IMG/VR virus record: IMGVR_UViG_3300048011_000479 | Location: 1 to 61,702 of that record | Direction: 5' to 3' (one strand) | DNA: 61,702 bases | From: a virus | Lineage: Duplodnaviria > Caudoviricetes | Part shown: positions 49,983 through 58,402 of the stretch, piece by piece | Position numbering within the stretch: position 1 is the stretch's first letter | Layout of the letters: every line of letters starts with the position of its first letter | Notes under the pieces: model-generated | The model's database searches: none | What the model was told of the DNA's origin: nothing | Seen by the model: only the letters and a program-made list of their open reading frames with translations | Program-made: the position numbers and the translations under genes

Positions 49983-50188
49983 TTGATGACGATACACATG
50001 ACAAGCTAACAAAAGCCTACATGGAGTATTTTAAGGCAAGCGAGGCGTATGAGTCGCGCAAGTCACACAGGACACACGCAGCCAGCAGACGTTGGTTGCG
50101 TGAAATTCGTAAACTTGCAAAAAAACGTATGGACGAAATCCACAACGACTACACCGCCAAGAAAGAGGCTGAAAAACAAGGCAAATAA
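49979..50188 (+). CDS. small basic helical protein
   Basis: 69 aa, Arg/Lys-rich, ATGA-coupled to gp46. Confidence 0.65.
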   Translation: MIDDDTHDKLTKAYMEYFKASEAYESRKSHRTHAASRRWLREIRKLAKKRMDEIHNDYTAKKEAEKQGK

Positions 50189-50199
50189 TAAGTACATTC

Positions 50200-50649
50200 A
50201 TGCAGTGGACTTATCAAGGAAAAACAATTGACACAATACCAGACGAGTATGAAGGCTTTGTTTATCTTATTACAAATACCACTACAGGCCAAAAATACGT
50301 AGGCAAAAAACTAGCAAAATTTAAAACTACTAAGCCACCTCTAAAAGGCAAGAAAAATAAAAGACGCGGTTACAAAGAAAGCGATTGGAAGACTTACTGG
50401 GGATCCAGTGATAGGCTAAACGCAGATGTAGCAGCACTAGGCGAAGAACACTTCACAAGAGAAATATTATACCTATGTAAAGGTAGGGGCGAAATGTCCT
50501 ACATAGAGGCAAGAGAACAGTTTGATCGCAGAGTACTTGAAACTGATGATTACTACAATGGTATCATTAATGTTAGAGTAGGCGGATCAGACAAACTCAA
50601 ACAGGCATTGCTAGAACATCACATCCAGGCAAAACAATCCAACACTTAA
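50200..50649 (+). CDS. minimal GIY-YIG nuclease
   Basis: GFVYLITN..GQKYVGKK, YWGSS, FTREIL, conserved Glu (IEAREQ), YYN; no C-terminal DNA-binding module. Confidence 0.8.
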   Translation: MQWTYQGKTIDTIPDEYEGFVYLITNTTTGQKYVGKKLAKFKTTKPPLKGKKNKRRGYKESDWKTYWGSSDRLNADVAALGEEHFTREILYLCKGRGEMSYIEAREQFDRRVLETDDYYNGIINVRVGGSDKLKQALLEHHIQAKQSNT

Positions 50650-51092
50650 GGTTGGCGGGCCAGTTCGAAAATACCGCTGTGGAAAAAGCTAGGGTGATAC
50701 CTGCACACGTAACATACTGATTGACTACCCAGAGGTAGGAAGCCATCAAACAAATTGGGCTCACTAGTTGGTATAGATAGATTGTTGGCTGTCGAAAAAC
50801 ACAAACACAGTACATAAAAACTCTTTAGCAATAGGAACGAAGCGAGAGGTAATGTATTATATAGATAGCATTAACCTAGTTAATGTATTCTTTATGTTAC
50901 ATATGTCGACGTAGGTTGGGAAAGGTCAGAGCCCATTGTACTTTGTGTATAAACAATTACCTACTTCCAAGTCTCGGCTGTGACGAACTCACATGAAGCT
51001 AATTTTGAGACAGGCTGGAACCGTAACAGGTTCCGTCTGACTGAAACAATCTACATGAAACTTAGACGCATTACATTCGTAATGCGTTTTTT
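50650..51092 (+). ncRNA. candidate large structured ncRNA (family unassigned)
   Basis: No credible ORF; many local hairpins plus crossing long-range helices (50756-62/50929-35, 50778-86/51045-53, 50809-14/50937-42, 50911-16/50959-64); ends in a terminator. Confidence 0.6.
51064..51092 (+). terminator. intrinsic terminator
   Basis: ACGCATTAC-ATTC-GTAATGCGT followed by a T tract. Confidence 0.85.
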
Positions 51093-51179
51093 CATATATA
51101 ATCACTTCTATCACGCATAATTAAATACGAAGTAAGTAGTTTGAGCGTTAGCGAAAACTTTATTCGCACAGCGAATAAC

Positions 51180-51186
51180 ATAAATA
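51180..51186 (+). promoter_or_regulatory. late promoter
   Basis: cATAAATA upstream of ATG 51225. Confidence 0.6.
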
Positions 51187-51224
51187 TACTTAACAATACA
51201 TCTTTAATAAGGATAACTCAGAAA

Positions 51225-51914
51225 ATGCGTGTACAAGACATAATTGCGGAAAACAAAGAATTAGATGAAGCTCCTGTTGGACTACTAAAGCAAGTAGGAC
51301 GTAAAATAGGTGCAAAAGCAGCTGGTGCTATTGGCATGAAAGGCACAGCAGCTAAATTAAGTGGTGCTGCCGAAGCTGGTGACGAAGCAAGACAACTTAG
51401 TGTTGCTCTTAAGGGATATGCTGGCAAAACTGGTATTAATTTAAAACAAATGCAAGGTCCGCAACTTGCAGCATTTTTAAAGTCTAAAGGTTATCCTAAC
51501 ATGCATCTTAAGGGTGTACAAGGTATTATGACGCCTAAGCAACAAGATCAAGCAATTATGACAGCAGTACAGGATGCTAATAAAGCTGGAGGAGATACTA
51601 CAGTAGGTACTAGTAGTGCCCCTGCACAACCAAGCGCACCGGGTGCCGCTGGCGCGGCTAAAGGGCAAGGCACTAGTGTTGCTGGTAAGCCTACTAGCCC
51701 GCAAGTAGACAAAAACAAAGATGGTAAAGACGATGCAACTGGTGAGCCAATGGGCGCAGTTGATGCAAACAAGGATGGTAAGGACGACAACACTGGTAAA
51801 GTTATTCCAATGCCTAAAGCAAGTGCAGCAGCAAAAGGTATTCCTGCAGATTTACAAAAACAACTTGATGCACTGTCTCCAACAGAGAAAAAAGTATTGG
51901 CAGGAGCTCTATAA
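51225..51914 (+). CDS. Ala/Gly/Lys-rich putative virion (head-internal) protein with DxNxDGxDD repeats
   Basis: ATG 51225 after TAAGGA and a late promoter; IAE/LDEA motifs; DKNKDGKDD and DANKDGKDD. Confidence 0.65.
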   Translation: MRVQDIIAENKELDEAPVGLLKQVGRKIGAKAAGAIGMKGTAAKLSGAAEAGDEARQLSVALKGYAGKTGINLKQMQGPQLAAFLKSKGYPNMHLKGVQGIMTPKQQDQAIMTAVQDANKAGGDTTVGTSSAPAQPSAPGAAGAAKGQGTSVAGKPTSPQVDKNKDGKDDATGEPMGAVDANKDGKDDNTGKVIPMPKASAAAKGIPADLQKQLDALSPTEKKVLAGAL

Positions 51915-53983
51915 TGAAACTACAAGAAGTAACAGGTTATAATTCACGTACAGCACAGATATTAACTGAAGGTTATCAAGACCTAACAGAAAGCCAAGTA
52001 TTATACTTAGGCAAGTTTGAAAAAGAACTTTGGCCACTAGTTGAACAATATACTAAACTTGCAGAAGCAGAACTTACAGCAGATCAAATTAAAGATATCT
52101 TTAATGGTGCAGAACAAGTTGCAATGGACAGTGGAGACAATAAAACTGTTGCTGGTAAAGTTGGCGCAGGTGCATTAGCAGCAGCAAAACTTCCAGTAGA
52201 CATTGCTAAAAAGGTTGATGCAAAAATTAATGAACTAGGACGCATGGCACAAAATGCAGGTCCTATTAAAAATGCAGATCAAAAGTTCGAAGATCTTAAA
52301 AAACAAATTACAGCAAACAACAGCGACAGTAAAATTGTACAAGGCATTCAAAAGATCAGTGACTGGGCAAAAGAAAATCCAGGCAAGGCTTCACTAGCAG
52401 TAGGTATTTTAACTACTATGGCAGCATTTGCAGGTGGTCCTGCAGGTGGTGCAGCAGCAGGTTTAATTCTACGTGCTTCGAAAGATTTATTACAAGGTGA
52501 AAAACTTTCAACAGCAGTAGGCAAATCAATCAAGACTGGTGTTTATGGTGCTCTTGCTGGTATGGCATTCAAAGAACTTACAGATAATGTTGTTGACAAC
52601 ATTGCAAGTGCGCAAAACGCAGAACTAGATGCAATGGAAGCAGCAATGAAAGCAGAAAACTTCCAAAATGCAAAAGCAGATTTGTTTGCTGATCTAGGAA
52701 TGGACGTTGATGCATTAGACGGTGCAAGTAGAATGAGAATGAGTGGTAACTTAAATGCGTTTAACTATTCATACGATACTGTTATTCCACCAGATATGAT
52801 GTCACAGTATAACGCTCTTGAAGCTGCAATGGACGGTGCAAAATCATTTAGTCCAGAACATTATGCTGCGGCAGCTAAGTTCCACGACTTTATGGGACAA
52901 CTAGTAAACAATCCTGAAGCAAAGAATTTAACAGCAGCCTGGGACGCATTAAAAGAAATTCCCAAAGATAGCCTTTCAATAGGTAATTTAGAAACATTAA
53001 TTGCACAAAGCGAATCAGGTGATGAAGTTTTAAAAGCTATTATGGATGCAGGCGGTGCAACCGCAGCAGTAGCACAAGGTGCTTTACAAACTGTTGATGA
53101 TAATGCTAAAAAAGCACAAACAGCAAAGCCAGTTGATCCAGAAATTAAAGACCAACTTGAATTAGACTTAAAAGGTGGTAAAAATCCTAATGAATCACTA
53201 TCAATGGAAGAACGTTTTGAATTGTATCTTGCAGAAGCAGACCCTGCACAAGGTGAATTACCATTAGACAATCCTAATTCACTAGGCGCAAAATTAAAGC
53301 GTGGCGCTAAAGGACTTGCAGGCAAAGCAGCAGGCGCAGTTAAAGGTGCTGCTAGTTCAGCAGCAGGTGCAGTTAAACAAGGTGCTAAAGATTTAGGTAA
53401 CAAAGTAACTGCTAACAAGTTAATGAAAACTTGGAAGTCAATGGGAGAGCCACTAGATAGCGGAAGTATTGCTAATATTTTACAAGACGCAGGAATGAGT
53501 GACGAGCAAATTAAATCTATTGGACAAACACAGTCAGTAGAACTAACACCAAATGCGCAAGATACTGCACAAACAGAACCAGATGCACAAGATAATGCGC
53601 AAACTTCTGCACCTAATGATGCAGATGGTGACGGCAAAGATGATACTACAGGCAAACCAGTTGCTAAGAAAGCACCAGCAGTTAAAGACGGTCCAATTGA
53701 AAAAGGTACTGTGATTAACAAAGGTGGCAAAGACTATGAATGGGCAGGAGCTCTTTGGATTGATGCTGCAACTAAGAAACCATTAGGTGTACAAGCAAGT
53801 TATGATATGGGATTACCTAATCCTAAATTTACTGCTATTATTAATGCGGCTAAGAAAGATCCTGAATTAGCAAAACTAATTAAAGCACAACTTACTTCTA
53901 AGGGTGTTAAAGCTGGAACTGCTGATGCAGCAAAAGCAGCAACCGCAGGTGTTAAAGGAACTGAAAAACTTAAAACTGCCTAG
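51914..53983 (+). CDS. Ala-rich putative virion (head-internal/ejected) protein
   Basis: 689 aa; LQE/LTE/LAE motifs; hydrophobic Gly/Ala segment; DADGDGKDD. Confidence 0.65.
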   Translation: MKLQEVTGYNSRTAQILTEGYQDLTESQVLYLGKFEKELWPLVEQYTKLAEAELTADQIKDIFNGAEQVAMDSGDNKTVAGKVGAGALAAAKLPVDIAKKVDAKINELGRMAQNAGPIKNADQKFEDLKKQITANNSDSKIVQGIQKISDWAKENPGKASLAVGILTTMAAFAGGPAGGAAAGLILRASKDLLQGEKLSTAVGKSIKTGVYGALAGMAFKELTDNVVDNIASAQNAELDAMEAAMKAENFQNAKADLFADLGMDVDALDGASRMRMSGNLNAFNYSYDTVIPPDMMSQYNALEAAMDGAKSFSPEHYAAAAKFHDFMGQLVNNPEAKNLTAAWDALKEIPKDSLSIGNLETLIAQSESGDEVLKAIMDAGGATAAVAQGALQTVDDNAKKAQTAKPVDPEIKDQLELDLKGGKNPNESLSMEERFELYLAEADPAQGELPLDNPNSLGAKLKRGAKGLAGKAAGAVKGAASSAAGAVKQGAKDLGNKVTANKLMKTWKSMGEPLDSGSIANILQDAGMSDEQIKSIGQTQSVELTPNAQDTAQTEPDAQDNAQTSAPNDADGDGKDDTTGKPVAKKAPAVKDGPIEKGTVINKGGKDYEWAGALWIDAATKKPLGVQASYDMGLPNPKFTAIINAAKKDPELAKLIKAQLTSKGVKAGTADAAKAATAGVKGTEKLKTA

Positions 53984-54210
53984 AAATAAGGCATTTGAGT
54001 TTTCTTAGTAATCTCAAAGTTTTCCTCGACCATTTTTCCTATTATTTCACGTTCTTCGTGGCCAAGGTAATATGCTTCTTCGTAAGTAAGGCCTCCACGC
54101 ATGTGCCAACATAATTTAGTTAAATCTAACTTAAATTGCTTGCACTCTTGTTCGAGGACCTTTACTTCTGCTAGGATCTCTGGGACGGTCCACGTCAGGA
54201 TCCTTATTCG
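53980..54210 (-). CDS. gp51-like 76-aa segment, probably expressed by -1 frameshift from the gp26-like gene
   Basis: Open frame RIRILTWTVPEILAEVK...CWHMRGGLTYEEAYYLGHEERE...QMPYF* with no 5' start codon; begins at T TTT TTC; absent from the ORF track. Confidence 0.75.
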   Translation of the reverse strand, partial: RIRILTWTVPEILAEVKVLEQECKQFKLDLTKLCWHMRGGLTYEEAYYLGHEEREIIGKMVEENFEITKKTQMPYF

Positions 54211-54216
54211 AAAAAA
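54173..54216 (-). other. programmed -1 ribosomal frameshift signal
   Basis: Slippery T TTT TTC (54216-54210), 5-nt spacer, then an AGGATC...GATCCT hairpin with inner GACG/CGTC pairing. Confidence 0.7.
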
Positions 54217-55088
54217 TTCGATTGATCAAACGTAATTGGTACTTCGTATGTAGTAGGAACACCTTTTTCAATTTCTTCTGGTGTTGCTTCTGCTGTTAAT
54301 GGTTTAATTGCAAACTTTTCTCTTTCACCTTCAAGATGTTTTTGTACTTTATTAAAGAATTGTTTGTCTGCATTTTTTATAAAATCAAGAATATGGTTGT
54401 GATCGCTTACAATAATAGGCTCTTCGTTTTCATCTAGTTGAGATAATTTTATCGATACAACACCTTTAGTCATCATATCAACTGTTAAATCAGTTAGCTT
54501 TGCAAAACTGTTAGTAAACGCCTGAAGTTTGTCTTCTTCTGTAATTTTATCGTCATTAACAATATTAAAAATTCTTTGTTCTTCAAATGTTTTTAATGCG
54601 CCTTGTGTAAATTCTTTATACGATAACGGTCTAAGATTGATTTGCATTTCAGGCATCATTACTGAGTTTGAATATTCTACATTAGAAAACGTGTCTAGCA
54701 AGTCTCTTAAATTTACCTGCATTTCTTTTTCTTCACCTGTAACTGGTGTTTTAATACTTAATGTCATAAATTCACCGTATGTAGCAAGTCTAATTGCAAT
54801 CAAACATACATCGAGATCTATACTAGGCATATTCCAAGCATCTTTAATTGCCGGAATACAACTTTGAATTACGTCAACTGTTGCTTGTCCGTTGAGCAAT
54901 GCATCTGGGGTTTTAAAAAGTAGTTCATCTTTAGCAGTCATTGAATAAATTGCAACTTCACCATTTTCGGGGTAATCAATTGCGCCTGCTGGATAGTATT
55001 TCCCTCCACTAGGTAAAGGAACATACAATTTTGGTTGGCGAAAGTACTTACTAAGTGGATTCGCCTGTTGGTTATTTTGTGACATCAT
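54204..55088 (-). CDS. gp26: baseplate hub assembly/tail chaperone protein, gp26-like
   Basis: RQPKLYV.LPSGG..Y, MTAKDEL, D.D..LIAIR.ATYG, C-terminal ITFDQSNFF. Confidence 0.75.
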   Translation of the reverse strand: MMSQNNQQANPLSKYFRQPKLYVPLPSGGKYYPAGAIDYPENGEVAIYSMTAKDELLFKTPDALLNGQATVDVIQSCIPAIKDAWNMPSIDLDVCLIAIRLATYGEFMTLSIKTPVTGEEKEMQVNLRDLLDTFSNVEYSNSVMMPEMQINLRPLSYKEFTQGALKTFEEQRIFNIVNDDKITEEDKLQAFTNSFAKLTDLTVDMMTKGVVSIKLSQLDENEEPIIVSDHNHILDFIKNADKQFFNKVQKHLEGEREKFAIKPLTAEATPEEIEKGVPTTYEVPITFDQSNFFE

Positions 55089-55096
55089 TTTCTCCG

Positions 55097-55147
55097 TATA
55101 AATACATTATATGAATATGTATCTCTTTTATTTATGTACGTATATAA
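55097..55147. promoter_or_regulatory. face-to-face late promoters plus an operator-like motif
   Basis: TATAAATA + (55097-104); cATAAATA - (55136-129); TTATG-TACGTA-TATAA (55132-147). Confidence 0.65.
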
Positions 55148-55163
55148 CTAGGATCTGAAAAGA

Positions 55164-58100
55164 ATGGCTGAAGAAGTAAAAATTGTTGATGTAGCCGGCG
55201 GCCCAGCCGCAGAAGCAACATTACAAGAAATATTAAAGTTGATGCGCCAAAAAGGCGGTGGAGGCGGCGGCACCGGCTCAGCAGCAAAAGCACAAGAACT
55301 TTATACTACGGCAGTTACTCGAGGTACTACAGTACGTCAACAAAATACCAAAGAAGTTAAAAAGAGTACTGAAGCACTAGGAAGTTTTACTAGTGGGCTT
55401 ACAAAAGGAATCGGCGGAGCATTTAGTGCCTTAGGTAGTGTGCTAATGGGTGCTACCGGTTTAGTAACAAACTTTGGAAATTCTTTAGCAAATGCTAATA
55501 CTATAGGCGAACTAGTCGAAGCTGTACCAATCTTTGGAAGCATGTTAGGCAAAGTCACAGGATACTTTGATGAAAGTCTATCAACATTTCAACAGTTAAG
55601 TCAGGTCGGTGCAGGATTTGGCAATGATATGATGGCTATGCGTAGTGCAGCAGCACAATCAGGTCTATCATTACAACAGTTTGCAGAAGTAATTGGTAAC
55701 AATTCGCAAAATATGGGTTTACTCGGCGGCACAACTTCTGAAGGTGCTAAAAGATTTGGACGTTTAACTAGAACACTAAGGCAGTCAGAAGCCGGACTTA
55801 CCCGCTTAGGTATGACGCAACAAGATGTTAATGAAGGGTTTAATGAATACATCGAAATGATGGCATCTTCAGGACAACTTAGAGGACGTTCAGATAGAGA
55901 ACTAACAGCAGGTGCAGCTAACTATCTAACAGAAATTGATAAACTTGCAAGAGTAACAGGTAAAAGTCGTAAAGAATTGCAAGAAGAAATGAATCAACGT
56001 ATGGATGCTGCTAACTTTAATATTATGGCTTCAAAATTATCTGGAGAAGCGTTAACAAACTTTACTAACAATACACAGTTTACTTCTGACATGATGGGCT
56101 CAGATTTTGCAAATGCACTTACAGATATGGCTGACGGTGTATCTCAATCGCCATTTGCACAAGTGTTAGAATCTAATGTTCCTGGATTGAAAGCATTAGC
56201 AGAAGCAAACGCAACAGGCAAAATAAGTCAAGAAGAATATCAAAGTAGATTACAAGCATTAATGCCGCAAATTACAGCATTTGCAGATGGCATGGGAGAA
56301 GCTGGTGCTACACAATTAGCAGGAGTTGAAGGTTTTGATTCTATGATGGCTGCTGTTGGTAGAGCTAGAACATTTACTCAACGTTATGCAAACGCACAAG
56401 AAGCAGCAGCAGCACAAGCAAGAAGAGCACCATTAACAGAATCATATGCTGGATTTGCACAAAAAATTGCAGAAATAAGAACAACTATTGAAGAAGCACT
56501 GTTAGAAAGTGGTGTTCTTGAATTGTTAGGAAATGTATTAGCAGGCACTTCGGATACATTATTAGCATCCGGCAAAGCTATAGCAGAAGCATTTAAACAA
56601 ATATTAGGTGATGGCGATGTAAAAACAGGTATTGCAAGTTTTAACGAAAAAATTAAAAGCGCAACAGCTACTATAGTAAAATGGATTAGAGAGTTTGCTG
56701 ACGGAACAATGAAGCAAAAACTAGATGAGTTTACAGCAGGTATAAAAAATGCATGGACAGCAGTATCAGACTTTATTACAAAAATAAAAGAAACAAGTTT
56801 TAGCGAAGCTGTAGCGAGTTTATTCGGAGGTGTTGATGGACAAGGTATCGGCGATTTAATATCACAAAAACTTAGTGACGGCATAAAAAGTATTTGGGAA
56901 AATCATTCAGGTAAAATCGTTGGAGCAATAACTGCATTATTCTTAGGACCTAAAATTATAGGAGCATTAACTGGCGGCATAGGTAAAATGTTCGGCGGAC
57001 TGTTCGGCGGCGGAGGCGGCGGCAGAGCACCCGGCGGAGTTAGAGGTCCGTCAGGCGCTGGTAAAGCTGGCAAGGGAGTTGGAGACTTTGTTGGTAATGT
57101 CGGTGGCGGGGTATTAAAGGGTGTTGCTAAAGGACTTGCAGCATTTGGTAATCCACAAGTAGCAATCGGCGGCGCAGTACTAGCAGGTGTTATACTTGTT
57201 ATTGGTGCAGCAGTTGCAGGTGCTACTTGGCTAGTAGGTAAATCATTACCAACATTTGCTGAAGGAATGAAAGCCTTTGAAGATCTTGACGGCACAAGAC
57301 TTAGTGCAGCAGGTAAAGGTATGCTTGCAGTTGCAGGCGGAATGGCAGCGTTTGGCGCAGGATCAGCAGTTGCAGGAATAGGAAATGCAGTAGGTGCTAT
57401 TGGAGATGCAGTTGCAGGACTATTTGGCGGCGAAGATCCTATGGATAAAATACTTCGCTTCCAAGAATATAATTTTGATGCTGCTAGAATTGAAAACAAT
57501 GCCAATGCAGTTGTTGCATTTAGTAAAGCAATGGCAGCACAAGGTGCAGGCGCAGCAGCAAGTGGCATGGGCGGCGCAGTAGGAGCAATTGGCGATGCTA
57601 TTGCAGGCTTCTTCGGAGGCGATACTGGTATACCGTACAATGATATATTAGACTTCCAAACATATTCGTTTGATGTAGAAAAAGTAAGAGCAAATGCTAC
57701 AGCAATGGCTGTGTTTAACAAAGCACTAGTAGAAAGTGGTGCAGCAAGCGCAGCAAGTGGAGCCGGAGGCGCTATTGGCGCTATTGGTGATGCAATATCT
57801 AGTTTCTTTGGCGGCGAAACACCATTTGAAAAAGTTCAAAACTTTGGTAATATGGACATTAATGCTGAAGGCGTTAAAGTAAATGCACAAGCAATGGCAG
57901 ATATGGCGAATGCACTTAATGCATTTAGCGGCGGCGAAGCAAGCGAAATTGAAATTTCATCAAGAACAGTAACATCTCTTACAAGACTTTCTGAACTAGG
58001 TGCAACAACAGGTTTAGGAACACTTGCTACTGATCTAAATAGAGTTGCAACTGTACAAGGGTTGTCTGCAAATATTTCTTCGCTCAATTCACTTGACGCA

Positions 58101-58400
58101 GACGGTGTTACGTTGTATAATACAGCTATGGAGAAATTAGTTGATACTCTTGAAGACTTAAACAAAGTACTAGCTGAAGACAACTCAGGAACATTTGGCG
58201 GCGGAACTGGAGTTTCAGCAGCAAGCATGTTAGAAAACGGCCAATTAAATACTGGCGGCTCCGGAACAGGTAGTGCAGAACAGCTAGAACGGTTAAATAT
58301 GTTAGTTACGCAATTAGTATCATTGCAAGGCGAAGGAAATAGAAATACAAGACAAACTGTTGCAGCAATAACCAATAATTTACAAGCAGGAATAGGATAG
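55164..58400 (+). CDS. tail tape measure protein
   Basis: 1078 aa, helical and Ala/Gly-rich; Y..E.DKLA.VTGKSR motif; hydrophobic segments; three GAIGDA...[LF]FGG repeats; adjacent to the chaperone gene. Confidence 0.75.
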   Translation: MAEEVKIVDVAGGPAAEATLQEILKLMRQKGGGGGGTGSAAKAQELYTTAVTRGTTVRQQNTKEVKKSTEALGSFTSGLTKGIGGAFSALGSVLMGATGLVTNFGNSLANANTIGELVEAVPIFGSMLGKVTGYFDESLSTFQQLSQVGAGFGNDMMAMRSAAAQSGLSLQQFAEVIGNNSQNMGLLGGTTSEGAKRFGRLTRTLRQSEAGLTRLGMTQQDVNEGFNEYIEMMASSGQLRGRSDRELTAGAANYLTEIDKLARVTGKSRKELQEEMNQRMDAANFNIMASKLSGEALTNFTNNTQFTSDMMGSDFANALTDMADGVSQSPFAQVLESNVPGLKALAEANATGKISQEEYQSRLQALMPQITAFADGMGEAGATQLAGVEGFDSMMAAVGRARTFTQRYANAQEAAAAQARRAPLTESYAGFAQKIAEIRTTIEEALLESGVLELLGNVLAGTSDTLLASGKAIAEAFKQILGDGDVKTGIASFNEKIKSATATIVKWIREFADGTMKQKLDEFTAGIKNAWTAVSDFITKIKETSFSEAVASLFGGVDGQGIGDLISQKLSDGIKSIWENHSGKIVGAITALFLGPKIIGALTGGIGKMFGGLFGGGGGGRAPGGVRGPSGAGKAGKGVGDFVGNVGGGVLKGVAKGLAAFGNPQVAIGGAVLAGVILVIGAAVAGATWLVGKSLPTFAEGMKAFEDLDGTRLSAAGKGMLAVAGGMAAFGAGSAVAGIGNAVGAIGDAVAGLFGGEDPMDKILRFQEYNFDAARIENNANAVVAFSKAMAAQGAGAAASGMGGAVGAIGDAIAGFFGGDTGIPYNDILDFQTYSFDVEKVRANATAMAVFNKALVESGAASAASGAGGAIGAIGDAISSFFGGETPFEKVQNFGNMDINAEGVKVNAQAMADMANALNAFSGGEASEIEISSRTVTSLTRLSELGATTGLGTLATDLNRVATVQGLSANISSLNSLDADGVTLYNTAMEKLVDTLEDLNKVLAEDNSGTFGGGTGVSAASMLENGQLNTGGSGTGSAEQLERLNMLVTQLVSLQGEGNRNTRQTVAAITNNLQAGIG

Positions 58401-58402
58401 AC

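Noticed and set aside
49979-50188. Histone Hc1-like call for the small basic protein
   Set aside because: Resemblance is only compositional; cannot be supported without a profile search
50597-50831. Two short - strand ORFs (72 and 61 aa) in the non-coding element
   Set aside because: Alternative starts, no RBS, atypical composition; + strand structure and terminator explain the region better
50650-51092. Group I intron, tmRNA or RNase P assignment
   Set aside because: It interrupts no gene, and I could not find the P/Q/R/S elements, tRNA-like ends or the GAGGAAAGUCC core; left unassigned pending a covariance search
51141-51224. TTG-started N-terminal extension of ORF 51141..51914
   Set aside because: Spans hairpins and the late promoter; ATG 51225 has a TAAGGA RBS
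52861-57721. Long antisense ORFs (289, 166 and 272 aa)
   Set aside because: By-products of Ala/Gly-rich codon bias on the coding strand
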